NCBI GenBank assembly: GCA_016748015.1
Contig: JAAOMT010000514.1
Span: 542,924-606,923, forward strand
Direction of reading: 5' to 3'
DNA from: Geosiphon pyriformis uo1
Taxonomy: Eukaryota > Fungi > Glomeromycota
Length of the DNA: 64,000 nt
A model generated the notes under the pieces. That model was not told the origin of the DNA. It worked only from the letters and a program-made list of their open reading frames with translations, and ran no database searches. Every line of letters begins with the position of its first letter. The first letter of the stretch is position 1. This document shows positions 1-12,615 of this stretch, in pieces. Both the position numbers and the translations under genes were made by a program.

Positions 1-3000
1 TAATCACTCTTCGAAATTGTTTTTGCAATATCAAACAAGAACTCTCTGAATCTGTTATGACTTATATTGGGAAATTCAACAAACTTCTCAGACAAATTTG
101 CCAACTTGAAACTAATGATTATTATTCTGATGCTTAAATTTTGGATCAATTTATCACTGGTTTAAAGGATAAACTAATTAAAAAGGTTTGCCCACATGTC
201 CCAAAAGATTTAAACTCTGTCATTCAGCATGCAAAGAGATATGAAATGGCCATAGAAGAAGCCAATTGTACAAAACTTGTGAACTTAGCCATTGGAGAAA
301 CCAGCTTAGCAGCTGAAGAGAAAATTGACCAACTTGCAAAAAAAGTTGAAAACTATTTTACCAACCAACAACAACAGCAACCCCAAAGATATCAACCACC
401 CCAAAGACAGAATCAAAACAACTTCACATCACCCTCTAATAACCAGCCTCAGAGTTGCCATTACTATGGAATTCCTGGCCACTGGAAAAAAGATTGCAGA
501 AAGCTACAACAAGACCAACAAAATAGGAGTAATCAACATTACCCTCCACCACAGCAATTTTATTATCAACCACCACCACCAGCTTACTATCCACAAAAAC
601 CCCAATATCAAAGTAACTATTATCAGCCTGCCCTACAGCCAATCCAACAGCAATACCAACAACCATCCACTCAACATTATCAAGTGTCTGCTCAAAGATT
701 AATCCTGCAAAATCAATTTACACCACAAAACTGATACCAAGTAAACAACAATAGAATCAATTCGAATAACCAATTAGTTCTCTGAAATCCAGCTTAGCCA
801 AGACCCACCCATTATTATACTCAACCTAGCTATCTTATAATACCTAAAGAACAGAATTTTCACTATACTGCGCTCTCAGAAGGTAGAGCTGCAGCACGAC
901 AACAAAACCCTTCCTATACTCCTACCACAATCTCACCAGCCAGAATTGCTGAAAACACTAACCTTTCAGACATATTTCCTTTTGAGTTTGAAGCAAATAA
1001 GTCACCATTCCTGCTTAGCAATGTGGCTGCCAACAAACAAAAAGCAATTACTGCTATGTACACTAAAGCAGAAGTCAAAGGAAAGACAATTTGCTTGATC
1101 CTAAACAGTGGATCTGCCAGAAGCATCATCACCTACCAGTTAATGCAACAGTTAAAAAGAAATGTTGACCGACTAGCTCAAACAGTAATTGTTACTGCTG
1201 ATGGCATGAAAAAGACTCCAGTAGAAGAAATTGACAATTTTCCATTCACTCTTGATGGAATCACCATTCCAGTTAAAGTTTTTGTAATGGATGTGCCCCA
1301 GTATCAAGCTCTTATTGGAAATAATTGGCTTCAAAAAGCCAATGCTAATCTGAATTGGGAGACACAAGAGTTAACAATCTCCTATCAAGGACAACACACC
1401 CAAATACCTGCCACTTGTGGTACATTCAACAAACGCTCTGAAAAAGCCCCAGCTTTTGAATTCAAACCGGAAGAAGAAAAGCCCATCATTAAAACATTTA
1501 TGGCACTTGGATCAACCTCCAATTGAGCCAATGAAACTGAACAACAGTACTTTTCAACAAATAATTCTTTTGAAACAAAAGAACCAGTGACAACCAGATG
1601 GAATGTCCCCTATTCAAAACCAGAACCACAAAAACAACGCCCCTACATTCCACTCAAATGCAAGAACTGCCACAAGAAACTCTCCTCAATGAAAGTCTGC
1701 ATTTCACCTGAAGAAGAATATGAAAATCATACTTGTTATTACTACAAGACTTGCCATAGAGAACAATGGGGCCATCTAATAAAAAGAAGTGGAAAATGGG
1801 ATAACACCTCTTGTTTGAATTGTAGAGATATGCTACCAGAAGAATGCAATTGGATTGATGTAGCAATGAGAGGAGAAGTCTGTGATCAGATCTGCCAATA
1901 TGCTTTATCAATTTCAGAAAAAGTAAAAAGAGAAACACCCTTTAATACAGCATACAACAGTGCTTTCAACAAACTTTATCATTACTCCTATAATACTGAG
2001 ATGATTTTCAACCTAGCAATGACATTAATTAATGGAGCTACCAAAGAAGATGTCCATCAAATGAAGGAAGCAGAATACATTGAATACATCATAGAATTAG
2101 CTGGATTCAATTACGAAAATGAAGTAGAAGTCTACCACCAAATTGCAAGTCACATCTATTCAACCCAAGAAGCTCAAATTCAATGATTAGAGCAAATAAA
2201 CATTAGGCTATGTGAAGAATGCATTATGCCTTGTGATGAACAGTGGTGTCCTGAATGCTATGCTCTTAGCATTTCTCTGCCCAGTAAAAACAATGAGAAC
2301 AAAATTAAATTTGGAGAACTTGAAGCAACAAAAGAAATTGAAGCAACACTCATCTATCTTATCAAAAACCAGTCTGCCTTACAACTCAAATACTTTAACA
2401 ACAATGGACAAAGAATAAAACCTGAAAAAGCACATGAAATTGATGCTGGATATAACCTAAGATATCCAGACAAGGATACTTTCATTCTCAAACCCAAATC
2501 TCTCACAAAAATCAACCTCAAAATTACTCTCAAAATCCCGCCAGGAGCAATGATTCAAATCGCCTTCCGGTCCTCTCTAGCAAGCAAAGGAATCAATGTC
2601 AGAGGAGGAATAATCGATGCTGGATATACTGGTGACATAACAGTAATACTTCAAAACAAAACTGACAAGCCATTTAAGATTAAACATGCTGAGAAAATTG
2701 CCCAAGCCATTTATTTACCCTTAATCAACATTTTGGGTTTACAATTAGTCAAAGAGAACTATTAAGAAAAAGTGAAAAAGGAATCCAAGGTTTTGGTTCA
2801 ACTGGATAATTCACAGTTTCAGTAAACATAGCCCTCAATGAACAGAAAGAATCTTACCAGATTTTACAACTTCCACAACCAATTACCATTTCACCCTTTG
2901 GAGAACACCCTGAAATTTATACTTGTAAAAAGCCAACAACCACACAACAAATTTTTGAATCCAATGAACAAATCTGCTTAGAATATAATATCTCAATCTC

Positions 3001-4648
3001 AAACATTTATATTCCAGAAAGAACAAAGAAAATCTGAGTTACTTTTTACAATCCCAACAATTTCCCCATAGTTTTATTAAATAACTTAGAAATTAGAGTT
3101 ATTCACAGTAATATCTTTCAACAAGAATTACCCCAAACAATCTCCGATTTCTCTGAAATTATTGGACATTTACTACCAAAAATCAATCCAAACACCAGTT
3201 CTAAAAACTATCATGTTGTTATAGAAAAACTATTTCGAATCAACATGGGACAACTTGAACCACAACAACAAAACCAGCTTAAAGAGCTAATTGCAGAATT
3301 TGCCAATATCTTTGCCAAAAACAACAATGACTTAGGAAGAACTGATTTGGTTCAACACCAAATCTATACAGGAGATGCCAAACCAAGGCAACAACAAGCC
3401 TACTGAGTTGCTCCAGAAAGTTACCAATTTATCCAAGAAGAAGTACAATGGATGCTTAACAATGGGCTTATTCAACTATTAATAAGTCCATGGGCCTTGC
3501 CTGTAGTTCTAGTTAAGAAGAAAAATGGAAAGATACAATTTTGTGTTGATTATCAACAACTCAACAGCGTCACCATGGGAGATGCCTACCCTCTTCCCCG
3601 AATTGATGATATGTTAAATGCCCTTGAAAAATCCAAATACTTTTCAACACTAGATCTAGAAAGCAGATACTGGCAAGTTGCCATGGATCCCAAAGATCAT
3701 CTCAAAACAGTCTTCACAACCCAAGGAGGAAACTACGAATTCAATATAATGCCTTTTGGATTATGCAATACACTAACAACATTTTAGAGATTAATGAATA
3801 TTGTGTACAAAAGAGTCTTTTGGAAGTCAGTAGTCATTTATCTTGACAATACTGATGTTTATTCTCTATCATTCTAATTATACTTAAAACACCTGTAAAA
3901 AGTATTTCAATGATTACAAAAAGCAAAACTGAAACTCAACATTGAAAAATGCTACTTTGGAAAAACAAGCTTGGCCTTTCTTGGTCATGTCGTTAGTAAA
4001 GATAGAATTAAACCAGACCCTAGAAAAATCAGCATTGTCAAAAACTTCAAAACTCCTCAAAACACTACAGAATTAAGAGGATTCATAGGGTTAGCCTCCT
4101 ACTATCGGAAGTTTATTAAAGGATTCTCAGAAATCACAAAATCTCTCAACCAGCTTACCACCAAAAACGTTGAATACAAATGGACTGCTAAATACCAAAA
4201 TGCATTTGAAATCCTCAAAGAAAAACTAACCACAGCTCCAATTCTTGCCTACCCAGATTTCAGCAACTGATTCCGGTTAGCAATGGATGCCTCTTATACT
4301 GTCTTTGGTGTCATCTTATCACAGTTAGATGACAATGGAAATGAGCGAATAATTGCTTATGCTAGCAAAACATTGAAGCCAGCTGAAAAGAACTACCCTG
4401 CAACAGAATTAGAAACTGCAACAGTAATCTGGGTCCTACATCATTTCAACCTTTATCTCAGACCCAAAGAATTTGATATTATCACTGATAATATTGGACT
4501 TAAATGGCTTCAAAACAAAAACACTTAGCTGAATACCAAACAAATCCAATGAACAAAATTTTTAGCCAACTACTGATACATTGTACATTACAAACCAGGA
4601 AAACTCCACACCAATGTTGATTGTCTCTCAAGAATGAGACAAAATTAG
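1..4648 (+). pseudogene. gag-pol: E1 gag-pol (capsid end, CCHC knuckle, protease, Cys-rich insert, dUTPase, RT, RNase H), with stops and a frameshift
   Basis: CHY(Y)GIPGHWKKDC knuckle; LILNSGSA (DSG protease motif); SPWA.PVVLVKKK, YPLPRIDD and MPFGL RT motifs; DAS RNase H motif; stop TAG at 4646-4648. Confidence 0.93.
2377..2806 (+). pseudogene. dut: dUTPase domain inside E1 pol, between PR and RT
   Basis: Motifs DAGY(N)L, RSSLA, GGIIDAGYTG, KIAQAI and GFGSTG. Confidence 0.92.
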
Positions 4649-4694
4649 AACATAAAAACATCACCCATTTGAATTAACAACAAAACAACAAACA

Positions 4695-6080
4695 ATGAAC
4701 CCTGAAAACTACAACAATCTTAAACAATATCTGGAGACATTAACAATCCCAACAAATTGGTCCCCAGATGAAAAACATTGGTTACAACAACAAGCCAAAC
4801 AATACTTCTTACACAACAACATTATTTATTATCGAAACTTCAGAAACTCAGACAATCCACTCAGATTAATACAAGAACATAAAAAAGAAACCATTTTATA
4901 TAACATGTACTCAGACCTTTCATCAGCACACCTAGGAAAAGACAGCACCATCCAGAGAACACTAGCATATTATTTTTGGCCTCAAATGAGAAAAGACATT
5001 CATGAATATGTTAGGTCTTATGATAGTTGTCAAAGAAGAGAAGAAACTCACCCTACAGAATCTTTAAACCCAATCAAAGTTGGACAGCTGTTTGACCGAG
5101 TTGGTATTGATTTAGTCGGACCACTCCCTATCACAAACCAAGGAAACCATTATATTGCAGTAGCTGTAGACTATCTCACCAAATGGCTTGAAACCAGAGC
5201 CATTCAATGAGCAGATGCGAAATCAGTAACAAACTTCATCTATGAAGACATTATTTGTAGACATGGATGCCCAATAGAACTTTTATCTGATCAAAGAACA
5301 CATTTCATGAACAATTTAATCCAGGAAATTTGTGGACAATTTAATGTTAAGAGACCATTATCTTCACCCTACTATCCACAAACAAATGGACTTGTAGAAT
5401 GTTTCAACAGGACATTGTGTGAATCATTAGCCAAAGTCTCAATTAATTTTAAGCAAGAATGGGATCTCTTTATTCCATCAGTGTTACTGGCATATAGAAC
5501 ACTAAAACAAGATACCACAAAACACACACCATTTGATTTAACTTATGGAAAAACAGCAACATTACCAATTAGTTTTACTGTGGAAACATACCCAACACAA
5601 CCAATCAATAAAAACAATTTCCAAGAAACACTACAACAAAGAGCCTACACTCTGCTTAGCATGTTGAAAGGAAAACAATGAATAGCAGCCACCCATATTA
5701 AACACTTCCAAGCTTAACAAAAAGAATGGCATGATGACAAATTGCCTCCAGTTACCAATGGATTTAAAATTGGAAACAAAGTTTTCTTACACAGAACTAA
5801 AGCTGAAAAACAATGGAGTGGAAAATTTGAAAATAAATGGGATGAACCATTCTTTATTCATGAAGTCCTAGACAACAGATTATACAAGCTAAGACTTGAT
5901 GACAAAATCCTAGCAAAAGTTGCACATGAAAATCGTTTGAAACACTATAATTTCAGAAACAATCCTGAACTATTAATTCCACAAATTGGTACATATTTTC
6001 CTTTAATCAATCCTGAAGATATTTCCTGAAAATTAGAACCAATAGTTGTCATTAAACAACCTCCCAACTTGAACACTTAA
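4695..6080 (+). pseudogene. int: E1 integrase as a stand-alone ORF (461 codons, internal stops)
   Basis: Own ATG; HHCC-type zinc region; GIDLVGPLP, LSDQ.THF and PQTNGLVE core; GPF-type C-terminus. Confidence 0.92.
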
Positions 6081-6202
6081 TTTAAATTTATTATTATAGT
6101 TATATCATTATAATTTAAAAACAATCTCACAAAAACAAAACAAAAATAACATAAAAACTCATACACCAAAAATAATTTCCTTTTATTTTCAAATCTCTTA
6201 TA

Positions 6203-6922
6203 ATGTTTATTCCTTAAAACATTCAACAATTATCCCAAAAACTAATGTTAGCTTTAAAAACAATACCCGAATTATCTATTACTGTTACTGAAAACCACAT
6301 TAATTATACCCAAACAGAAGTAGTCACAAATTTAGTCCCAAATGCACAAAAATATCACCCATATAAGAAAAACACAAGAAGTTATTCTGGAATTTACCTG
6401 TTAGAACTTCTAAAGCTTGCTTTAAGAGAAAACTTAATGCTCACTTCTATTAGTATTCTACCGAATGCTACTATTCAACAAAAACTTCAACTGTGTCTTA
6501 ATAAAGAAAACTATGACTATACTCCAATATATAGATATTTCTACATTGGAAAAACACTTCATGAACAAAAACGGGAGCTTACAGCAGCAAACCTCACAAA
6601 AGAAGCTATTCAAAAACAACTCCACAATGAATTCAAGACAACAGCTGGACCTACAAACAGTCATTATAAACTAAGAGCTGCTTTTAGCCTTTATAACCTA
6701 TTCTACACCTGTAAAAACGTTCTACAAAACCCAATTTTACAGTCTTTGAAGATTCAATATATTGGAAAGCTCACAGAACTGAAATTTTAACAATTTTCAG
6801 ATCAAATTTCTTCAATAATTTTGGATTATTATCTGGAAATTACAGACAGTACTTGGACTTCAATAGAGTTCAGTCTTGAGGAGGAGGTTATGTTACCAGA
6901 CAAAATTAGAGATATTGTTTAG
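6203..6922 (+). pseudogene. E1 accessory ORF3 (239 codons), running through the PPT into U3
   Basis: Same length as and collinear with E5 ORF3; two premature stops. Confidence 0.8.
6878..6890 (+). other. Polypurine tract of E1
   Basis: GAGGAGGAGGTTA immediately before TGTTACC. Confidence 0.9.
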
Positions 6923-7876
6923 CATGAAATTACTCTTATAAATCTTATCATTAATTAGCATATATTATCATTTTAAATTATCACTTATTACATTAGCAAA
7001 ATGTCCGAAATTATCATTTAATTAATAACCCAATTTGTACATAACACAAATGTAATCTAAGTGCGATGATCAATCATGCAATACCCCAAAATATGTAACA
7101 TTCAAAAGTTCACCAAAATTTGTAAAAATTTGCCGAAATAATTGATAGTTTACCAAAATATCTAATAGTTCACAGAAATAACTTGTAGTTTGCCAAAATG
7201 TATCTTTAGTTCAGTGAAATTGTAGAAAAGAGCAAAGTTCAAGTTTATAGAATAGTGTTACGACAAGTTGTATAAAAGAAGAGCTTTTCTCTTCGAGAAA
7301 ATGTATCTTACTTCAGATTTAATAATTAGAATCATCTTTTATACACAAAAACAAAATAAATATCAAATAAATTTGAAAAGCCAAATTCTTAAATTATTTT
7401 CCTTGAAATTAACCAATTCCTACTAACAGTTTGAAATTGATTAGCTACCAATTTCAGTAGACTGTTAAAGCACTTCCAGGCCTGAATCCAAAATGACTTC
7501 CATAAATCATCAGTTTTACTTTTTCTTTTACATTTCTTTTATTCTCTTTCTTTTCTTATTATAAATCATTTGAGTATTCTACAGACAAGAATTTCTGTAG
7601 AAGAGTTGACTTTTACAGCAAAGTAACTACACATTTTTAGTGAGCTTCCAGATGAGCAATTCCTGGAAAAGAGTTGACATTTACTACAACATAATTATAC
7701 AAAGTAACTAGCACAGAATTGGCCATTCTACTTATAAGCCCAGCAGTTCAAATTATAGGAAATAATTTGAAGATAAATTCAGTTATCAGAGGTTTAAACA
7801 CTTCCCATAATTATGAATTAACAGTATTACAACAAACTTACAAGAGCTAAGAAGAGACCAAAAACCTCCAGTAACA
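6891..7876 (+). repeat. E1 3' LTR (family A)
   Basis: TGTTACCAG...CAGTAACA; closely similar to the E5 LTRs; TATA-like TATAAAA near 7271. Confidence 0.95.
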
Positions 7877-10800
7877 CCAACAACAACAGCAGCAACAACC
7901 ACAAAAATATTAGCCACCACAATGATAAAACCAAAACAACTACTCATCATCATCAAACAGTCAAAACCAAAGTTGTTATTATTGTGAGATTTTAAGACAT
8001 TAGAAATGAGATTGCAGAAAGCTACAAAAAAACCAACAAAACAAGAGTAATTAGCATTACTCTTTAACACAGCAATCTCATTACCAGCCTATTATTCTTC
8101 AAGATCCCACCAACAGAACAACTAATATCAGTCTGCTTCACAGCAGCAATATCAACAACCTCTACCAATTCAATAGTATCAACAGCCACTTACACAACAA
8201 TACCAAGTACTTGCCCAAAGATTGGTTCAACAAAACCAATTCATATCTCAAAATCAATTTCAAAATAACAACAACAGAATCAACCCAAACAACCAGTTGG
8301 TTTCCTGAAATTCTGGTCAGCAAAGACCCAATCACTATCACACTCAACCCAGTTATCTTACAATACCTGAAGAATCGGATTTTCAATAAACTGCACTTTT
8401 TGAAAGTAAAGTTGCAGCACTAAGATCAAACCCTTCCAACAATATTATTTCACCAGCCCAAATTGCCCAAAATGCCAACCTTTTAGATATATTCCCATTC
8501 GAATTTGAAGCAAATGAATTATTATTCTTGTTTAGCAATGCAGCAGTCAATAAACAAAAAGCAATTACAGCTATGTATACAGAAGCTGAAGTAAAAAAAA
8601 AACCAATTTGGTTAATCTTAGACAGTAAATCAGCTGGAAATATTATTACCTATCAGTTAATGCAACAGCTTCAAAGAACTGTTAACAGACCAGCCCAAAC
8701 TGTAATTGTTACTGCAAATGGTATAAAAAAGACACCAGTAGAAGAAATTGACAATTTCCCATTTACTATTAATGAAATCATCATTCTAATTAAAGTTCTA
8801 GTCATAAATGCGCCCCAATACCAAGCTTTTGTTGGAAATGATTGACTTCTCAAGGCCAATACAAATTTAGATTGGGAAACCCAGAAATTGAAGATTTTAT
8901 ACCAAGAACAATACACTAGAGTACTTGCTATCTGTGGTACTTTTAATAAGAAAACTGAAAAAGCCCTAGTATTCAAATTTGAAGAAAAAAAAGAACTACC
9001 AGTCACTGAAACTTTTATGGCTCTTGGATTAACATCCAATTGGGCTGAGAAAACAGAACAAGAAATTTTTGAAAAGACCAAAAGATGAAATGTAGTTAGA
9101 TATTCTACATCAAAACTACGAAAACAACCATTTTACATCCCACTTAAATGCAGAGATTGCAAGAAAAAACTTTCATCAATGAAAGCATGTATTTTTCCAA
9201 AAGAGAAATATGAAACTCACATCTGCTACTTTTGCAAAACATGTTATAAAAAACGATTTGGATACCCAAAGAGATATAAAAAATGAGACAACACTTCTTG
9301 TTTCACATGTAGAGATATGCTACGCAACTGAATTGATGTTGTAATGAGAGGAGAAATATATGATCAAACCTGTCAATATGCTCTATCAATTTCAGAAAAA
9401 GTTAGAAGAGAAACATTATTTGATGCAGCATACAACAGTGCTTCCAATAAACTTTACTACTACTTTCATGATGCTGAAATGATTTTTGACTTAGCAATAG
9501 CATTAATTAATAGAGCCATCCAAGAAAATGTCTATCAAATGAAAAAAGCTGAATATATTGAGTATACCATAGAATTAGCTGGATTTAATTATAAAGATGA
9601 AGTAGAAATCTACCACCAAATTGCAAGTCATACATATCCAACCAAAGAAGCTCAAATTCAATGATTAGAGCAAATGAACATTCAATTATGTGAAAAATGT
9701 ATTATGCTTTGTGATAATCAATAGTTTTTAGAATACTATGCTCTTAGCATTTCGCTGCCAAATGAGAATGATAAAAATGAAATCGAATTTAGAGTATCTA
9801 AACTGGTAGAAAAACTACCAACCACTCCCATCTATCTTCTTGAAAATCAACCACCTCTACAACTTAAATATTTTGACAACCATGGCCAAGAAATTAGATC
9901 AGAAAAAGCACATAAAATTGATGCTAAATATGATCTAAGATATCCAGAAAAAGATACTTTGGTTCTCCAATCAAAGTCTTTGACAAAAATCAATCTCAAA
10001 ATTGCTCTTGAAATTCCACCTGGAGCAATGATTCAAATTGCATCCAGATCATCATTGGCAAGCAAAAGAATTAATGTTAGAGGAAAAATCATAGATGCAG
10101 GATATACTAGAAACATTACCATTATATTGCAGAATGAAACAGACAAATCATTCAGAATTGAACATGCCAAAAAGATTGCTTAAGCAATTTACCTATTTTT
10201 AATCAACATTTTGGGTCTACAATCAGTTAACAACAGAGAACAATTGGGAAAAAGTGAAAGAGGAATACAAAATTTTGGTTCAACTAGACGATTTACAGTG
10301 CCAGTAAACATAGCTCTCAATGCACAAAATGAATTCTACCAGATTCTTTAACTTCCCCAACCAATTACCATTTTACTTTTTAGAAAACATCAAGAAATTT
10401 ACATTTGCTTAAAACCTACTACCACCCAACAAATCTTTGAGTCCAATGAACAAATTTTTTTAAAGAATGAAATCTCAATCCCAAATGTTTATAATTTCAA
10501 AGAAATAAAAAAATTTTGAGTTACTTTTTACAACTCCAATAAATACTCTATTGTCTTATTGAATAAATTAGAAATTGGAATAATATACAGCAATATCTTT
10601 CAAATTGTGTTTAATTTTATCGAAATTATAAAACATACATTACTTTCAAATCCAAACATTATTTTTACCATTAAAAACTACCATCTTTTGGAAGAAAAAC
10701 TCTCTTAAATCAACATGGATTCCTTAGAATCCCAACAACAAAGACAATTGAAATAGCTAATAGCTGAATTTGCAGATATATTTGCAAAAAACAACAATAA

Positions 10801-11039
10801 TCTTGAAAAAACTGATATTGTTCAACATCAGATCTACACAGAAGATGCTCCACCAAAATAACAACAAGCCTATTAAGTTTCACCTACTAGCCACCAATTT
10901 ATCAAAGAAGAGGTCCAAAGAATGTTCAATAACGGATTGATTCAACCATTAAGAAGTCCTTGGGCCTCACCAGTAGTACTTGTTAAAAAAAAAACAGAAA
11001 AATCAGATTCTGTGTAAATTATTGTTACCTCAACAGCAT
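7877..11039 (+). pseudogene. gag-pol: E2 gag C-terminus, protease, Cys-rich insert, dUTPase and RT N-terminus
   Basis: LILDSKSAG, IASRSSLASK and IIDAGY motifs; SPWASPVVLVKK. Confidence 0.9.
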
Positions 11040-11903
11040 TGTTACAGATGATTATTTGGGGTCTCAAAGCAAATAACAAATCTGTAACTTGGTGCTTGAT
11101 TGGTATTCTGGTGTTGATATCTGAAAGTTTGATTGATCTGAAGGTTTGTTGCAGAGTTCTTTGTATAATGGGCAGAGATTTAATAGTTGTTTTAGTAGCC
11201 TTTGGAATCACAATTCTATTGAATTTTTTTCTCAGTGTGGTGGCCAGTAATCCTCCTAATAAGCTATTCTCAAATTTATGAGTGTTCTACCCTTGTTTCA
11301 CGGATCTTTTACCAGTCCCTATAATGTCTGTATCTCAGCACTTAATTCTTAATCAATTTAGTAAAACCAAAGAAATAACAAAAAGAAATAAAAGAAAATA
11401 AAAGATAATAAAAAAATAAACAAAAGCAATTGCAAGTTAGTATCCCGTCAATAACCATGATCAAGAACTACTGTTCCAATGTGGTTAAGTATCAATTACT
11501 ATCAACATGAAGTATTAATAGTGGAGAGTGGATTGAGATAGTAAATAATTATTTATTAATATTTGTGAATGAAAGGTTGTTTAGATCAAATTTAAACTAG
11601 AAGATTTCTAACTAAAAGATTCTGTTTTTTCTACTTCTAGCACTACTGCTATATATACATAATTAAGATTCCTTAATTCCTCAATTCCTTACATCAGGAA
11701 TCCTGGAATTCCTGGAATCCTGCAATTCCTTTTGAGAGGAATCCTAGAATTCTGAAATCCTGCGATTCTTTGTATGAGAATTCTGAAATTTCTGGAATTC
11801 TGTGATTCTTTTTGAGAGGAATCCTGGAATTCCATATTTACTATGGTTATTTCTGATTGGCTAATTTATGCTAATATATATTTCCTATATTCTATAAGTA
11901 ATA
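11040..11903 (-). repeat. E3 3' LTR (family B)
   Basis: Matches 40107-40931; minus-strand PPT AAAAAAAGAGAATAA at about 11904-11918. Confidence 0.94.
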
Positions 11904-11917
11904 TTATTCTCTTTTTT

Positions 11918-12555
11918 TTAATATTGAGCTCTGTTGAGATCTCCCAAATCTTTTAACTTTAACTTTTTGTCATTGAGTATCTTTTGAACTTCTTTTTTGA
12001 GAATTACTTGGGTTATCTTGTTCTGTAATTTTTCAAATTGGGTGTTGGTTATTTTTTTCATTTGGTTAACTATAATAGAGTTCATTTCCAGATTAAGTAA
12101 AATTCTGGTTTGTCTTGGAATCTTGTATGTAGCCAATAGATGGCTCTTGCTTGTGTAGTCAAATTGTTTTTTCTCACAAATTGTTTCAGTTGTTGCAATA
12201 TTGTTGTGTCGAATAATCACTTTGTTTTATCTGTATATAAGTTCTGAATATTCAAGTGTTGTTCCAAGTGAAAATAGCAAAAGTTTCTTGAAAATTTGTG
12301 TATCCACCATTTCCAAGTTTCTTTAGTCAACTCTTGATATGTGGTGACACTTGTTGGTTCTTCTATTGCTAATTTTATTTTCAGAACCATTTTGTCAATA
12401 GTGTTTTCCATTTTTCTTTGACTTTTGTATTTGGGTATTTTTCTGGTATCTTGGTATTAAATGGTTTGTTGATTGATAGTAATTTCTATATTCTGTTGTT
12501 GAATTAGTTGGAAGAGTTGTTGTGCTAGTAAGTAGATATTGTTAGTGATTTTCAT
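11918..12555 (-). pseudogene. E3 accessory ORF3
   Basis: MKITNNIYLLAQQL...RNFCYFHL...KITNTQFEKL...LNRAQY*; homologous to E4 ORF3; frameshifted. Confidence 0.8.
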
Positions 12556-12615
12556 TTTTCTGCAGTCTTTTGTTGCATCTACTATGTCTTTATATACTCT
12601 TTTTATTGTTCAATT

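Larger units (their letters stand above)
1..7876 (+). mobile_element. Ty3/Gypsy LTR retrotransposon E1 (family A), 5' part outside the window, inserted in gag of E2
   Basis: Domain order gag, PR, dUTPase, RT, RH, IN, then PPT and a TG..CA LTR. The sequence after 7876 resumes in the gag of another element. Right TSD candidate CCAA. Confidence 0.95.

Noticed and set aside
3838-3860. RT catalytic motif reads YLDN or YLNN instead of YLDD in all five copies
   Set aside because: GAC-GAY places a CpG at the codon junction, so parallel G>A decay is the simpler explanation. A genome-wide consensus would settle it.
7107-7220. CRISPR-like repeat-spacer array
   Set aside because: Units are only 20 nt, lie inside LTR U3 in a eukaryotic context, and have no cas genes nearby
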